The notes under the pieces were generated by a model, which was not told where the DNA came from, made no database searches, and saw only the letters and a list, made by a program, of their open reading frames with translations. A stretch of 64,000 bases of DNA. It comes from Desulfatiglandales bacterium. Its GTDB lineage: Bacteria > Desulfobacterota > DSM-4660 > Desulfatiglandales > Desulfatiglandaceae. Below, piece by piece: positions 61,508 to 64,000 of this stretch. The stretch's first letter is position 1, and the number at the start of each line of letters is the position of its first letter. Location of the stretch: contig OY759599.1 of assembly GCA_963662465.1 (NCBI GenBank), positions 1,376,001 to 1,440,000 of the forward strand, in the 5' to 3' direction. The position numbers and the translations under genes are program-made.

Positions 61508-62122
61508 ATGGGAAAAACGCTTTACACCATTGGGCATTCCACGCATTCGCTGGACCGGTTCCTTGAGCTGCTTAATCTTCATGGAATCGGTGCGGTGTGT
61601 GATGTTCGTTCCAGTCCATACAGCCGTTACAATCCGCAGTTCAATCGCGAGACCATCCAGGCTGAACTGAAAAAGCATGGTATTGCGTATGTCTATCTGG
61701 GGAAGGAGCTGGGGCCGCGAAGCGATGATCCGGGCTGTTATGAGAACGGCAAAGTTCAATATGACCGCCTGGCAAAAACAGATCTGTTTCAGGAAGGGAT
61801 CAAGCGGGTCAAAGAGGGTATGAAGTCCTATCGCATCGCACTCATGTGCGCGGAAAAGGACCCGGTGATGTGCCATCGCACAATTCTGGTGTGCCGCCCG
61901 CCGGCGGGCGCCGGCATCAGGATTGCGCATATTCTGGAAGATGGCGCCCTTGAAACCCACGAATCCGCCATGAACCGTTTAAGAAAGGCATTGAAACTGC
62001 CGGAATCAGACATGTTCCGATCATCAGAGCAGATGATCCAGGAAGCCTATGATCTTCAGGGGCAAAAGATCGCTCACGTCAAGGAAGAAAAGATCGGAAA
62101 GGAAGAGGGCAGGGACCTATGA
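61508..62122 (+). CDS. DUF488 family protein
   Basis: LYTIGHSTH, DVRSSPYS and LMCAEKDPVMCHR. Confidence 0.9.
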   Translation: MGKTLYTIGHSTHSLDRFLELLNLHGIGAVCDVRSSPYSRYNPQFNRETIQAELKKHGIAYVYLGKELGPRSDDPGCYENGKVQYDRLAKTDLFQEGIKRVKEGMKSYRIALMCAEKDPVMCHRTILVCRPPAGAGIRIAHILEDGALETHESAMNRLRKALKLPESDMFRSSEQMIQEAYDLQGQKIAHVKEEKIGKEEGRDL

Positions 62123-62565
62123 TGCAACAGGGAAAAATTTTCACCATCGGTTTTACAAAGAAATCAGCGGAACAGTTTTTCACCCGCCTGTTAAATGCGG
62201 GTGTGAAACGGCTTATCGATGTCAGGCTCAACAATGTTTCTCAGTTGGCCGGTTTTGCCAAACGGGATGACCTTGCTTATTTTCTGAAGACCATTTGTGA
62301 TTGCGATTACCGGCACGAACCGCTTCTGGCCCCCACGAAAGAGATCCTGGATGGCTATAAGAAAAAGGAAATTAAATGGGAAGAATATGAAAAGCGGTTT
62401 CTGGAGTTGCTGGAAAGGCGTCAGGCCCATGGGCTGGTCTCCGCTGAGGAATTGAGCGGCGCATGCCTGCTGTGCAGCGAACCCACCCCCGAAAAGTGCC
62501 ACCGGCGCCTTGTGGCAGCGTTTTTCACACGGCATTTTGATGATTTGGAGATATACCATTTGTGA
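62119..62565 (+). CDS. DUF488 family protein (second subtype)
   Basis: IFTIGFTKKSAEQFF, DVRLNNVSQLAGFAK and LLCSEPTPEKCHRRLVA. Confidence 0.9.
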   Translation: MMQQGKIFTIGFTKKSAEQFFTRLLNAGVKRLIDVRLNNVSQLAGFAKRDDLAYFLKTICDCDYRHEPLLAPTKEILDGYKKKEIKWEEYEKRFLELLERRQAHGLVSAEELSGACLLCSEPTPEKCHRRLVAAFFTRHFDDLEIYHL

Positions 62566-62832
62566 ACAGTCGGGCTTGGTCCTAACTTCGTCCACACTAT
62601 GAATCTTTCATCACCTTGCCGGCTTCCGTTGTCTGCCGGTATTACGGCCTTTCTAAAACGCTTGATTCGGTAGAAATGTGCCGGTATTTTTTTTAAAAAG
62701 AGTCGCCGTTGCAAGACGGGGATTGTTCCATGAGGATTTACTGATGAGAGAGGATCTTCTCGGTCTGGATGTGTTGGACAACGTTCATATCCGGAATTGA
62801 TTGCTGGAATTGCGGAATTGCGGAGTGGTTGC

Positions 62833-64000
62833 ATGTATGCATCTTTGTACCAGAAGAAACTGACTACGGCGGAAAAAGCCGTGTCCGCGGTAAAGGAGGG
62901 AAGTCTGCTCATTTACGGGGTGTTTCTTGCGGAACCGCCCGCCGTCCTTGAAGCCTTTGCCAAACGCCTTCGCGAAGGCGATCTCAACAAACTCCGCATT
63001 TTCAGCAGCCTTCCAACGGCCCATGCGCAGAACACGGTCCTGGCCACGGATCTCGTGGACCGCGTTGAAAGGCGGGCTCATTTTGTGGGTGACGTGGACC
63101 GGGGACTGGTTTATGTGGGATTAAACGACTACCTGCCCAGTCATTACCACCAGGTGCCCAGGCTCATTTCGGAATACATGATCGTCGATGTGGCAGCCAC
63201 AACGGTTTCACCCATGGATGCGGCGGGGTATTTCAGTTTCGGGGTGGCCAATGATTTCACATCAACCGCTGCCCGTTGCGCCAAATACCTGATTGTGGAA
63301 ATAAACGAAAACATGCCGCGCGTTTTCGGGGATTCCTTGATTCATATTTCCGAAGTGGATGCGGTGGTTGAAAACCACCTGCCCCTTCTGAATATCCCCG
63401 AGGCGCCCGCAAAACCGGAAGATGAAATTATCGGAAAAGCCATTTCGGAAATGATCCCCGACGGCGCCACCATTCAGCTGGGATGGGGATGTCTTCCCAA
63501 CGCCGTGGCGGCCTTTCTGGAAAACCACAGGGACCTGGGTATTCATACCGAGGTTTTTTGTCCTGGAATATCCGATCTGATCAAAAAGGGCGTTGTCACG
63601 GGGAAAAAAAAGACACTGCACCCTCGAAAGAACATTTTTACAGTGGCCATTGGCGACCGGGATATGCTGCGGTTTCTGGACAACAATCCCGCTTTTGAGA
63701 GCTATCCCGTTTCCTACACCAACCATCCTTCCGTGATCGCTCAAAATGACAACATGATATCGGTCAATTCCGTCCTTGAAGTGGACCTTTTCGGCCAGGC
63801 CAATGCCGAGTTCATGGCAGGGCGCCAGTTCAGCGGAATCGGTGGCCAGCTGGATTTCGTGAGAGGTGCGTTTGACGCTAAAGGCGGCGAATCGATCCTC
63901 GCCTTTCATGCCACAGCAAAAGGCGGAGAGATTTCCCGAATCGTGCCGCGCTTGAAGGAAGGCGTCATGGTCACGACCCCCAGAAACGATACCCATTTTC
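62833..64000 (+). CDS. Acetyl-CoA hydrolase/4-hydroxybutyrate CoA-transferase family, runs off the window
   Basis: Own translation: MYASLYQKKLTTAEKAV.., SPMDAAGYFSFG, LGIHTE and SGIGGQLDFVRGA. Confidence 0.9.
   Translation, partial: MYASLYQKKLTTAEKAVSAVKEGSLLIYGVFLAEPPAVLEAFAKRLREGDLNKLRIFSSLPTAHAQNTVLATDLVDRVERRAHFVGDVDRGLVYVGLNDYLPSHYHQVPRLISEYMIVDVAATTVSPMDAAGYFSFGVANDFTSTAARCAKYLIVEINENMPRVFGDSLIHISEVDAVVENHLPLLNIPEAPAKPEDEIIGKAISEMIPDGATIQLGWGCLPNAVAAFLENHRDLGIHTEVFCPGISDLIKKGVVTGKKKTLHPRKNIFTVAIGDRDMLRFLDNNPAFESYPVSYTNHPSVIAQNDNMISVNSVLEVDLFGQANAEFMAGRQFSGIGGQLDFVRGAFDAKGGESILAFHATAKGGEISRIVPRLKEGVMVTTPRNDTHF

Noticed and set aside
63262..63996. 244-aa minus-strand ORF
   Set aside because: Antisense shadow of the plus-strand CoA-transferase that runs off the window.
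1..64000. CRISPR array, tRNA or rRNA genes
   Set aside because: No regularly spaced repeat-spacer array or recognisable structural RNA gene was seen by eye.

Overview
A 64-kb, largely accessory defence and mobile-element island, probably from a Desulfobacterota-like bacterium (inference from gene style only), flanked on the right by more ordinary genes (DUF3300, recQ, acetyl-CoA hydrolase/transferase). The left part carries an AbiF/D-family gene with an upstream hairpin, an IS-split DUF1156 DNA methylase, a PLD-SNF2 helicase, an apparently intact Hachiman-like pair, a PLD-SF2 helicase and a small methyltransferase. At 19772-23577 two near-identical group II introns sit head-to-tail with no spacer, inserted at the foot of a REP-like hairpin inside a small inverted-repeat element. 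The middle (about 24-55 kb) is a decaying mosaic: two segmental duplications with different microhomology-bounded deletions, four toxin-antitoxin loci, a truncated Gabija, relics linked to DNA phosphorothioation, degenerate attC-like sites, IS66-like and IS200-like elements, and two MITE families. On the right, a RAYT-like HUH transposase is bounded by the same inverted repeats as one MITE family, followed by a RecQ fused to a dual-OB-like domain in an operon with two DUF488 genes. The strongest novelty candidates are the tandem REP-targeting intron, the TIR-bounded RAYT/MITE pair and the RecQ-dual-OB-DUF488 operon. All family assignments come from motif recognition by eye; no searches were run.
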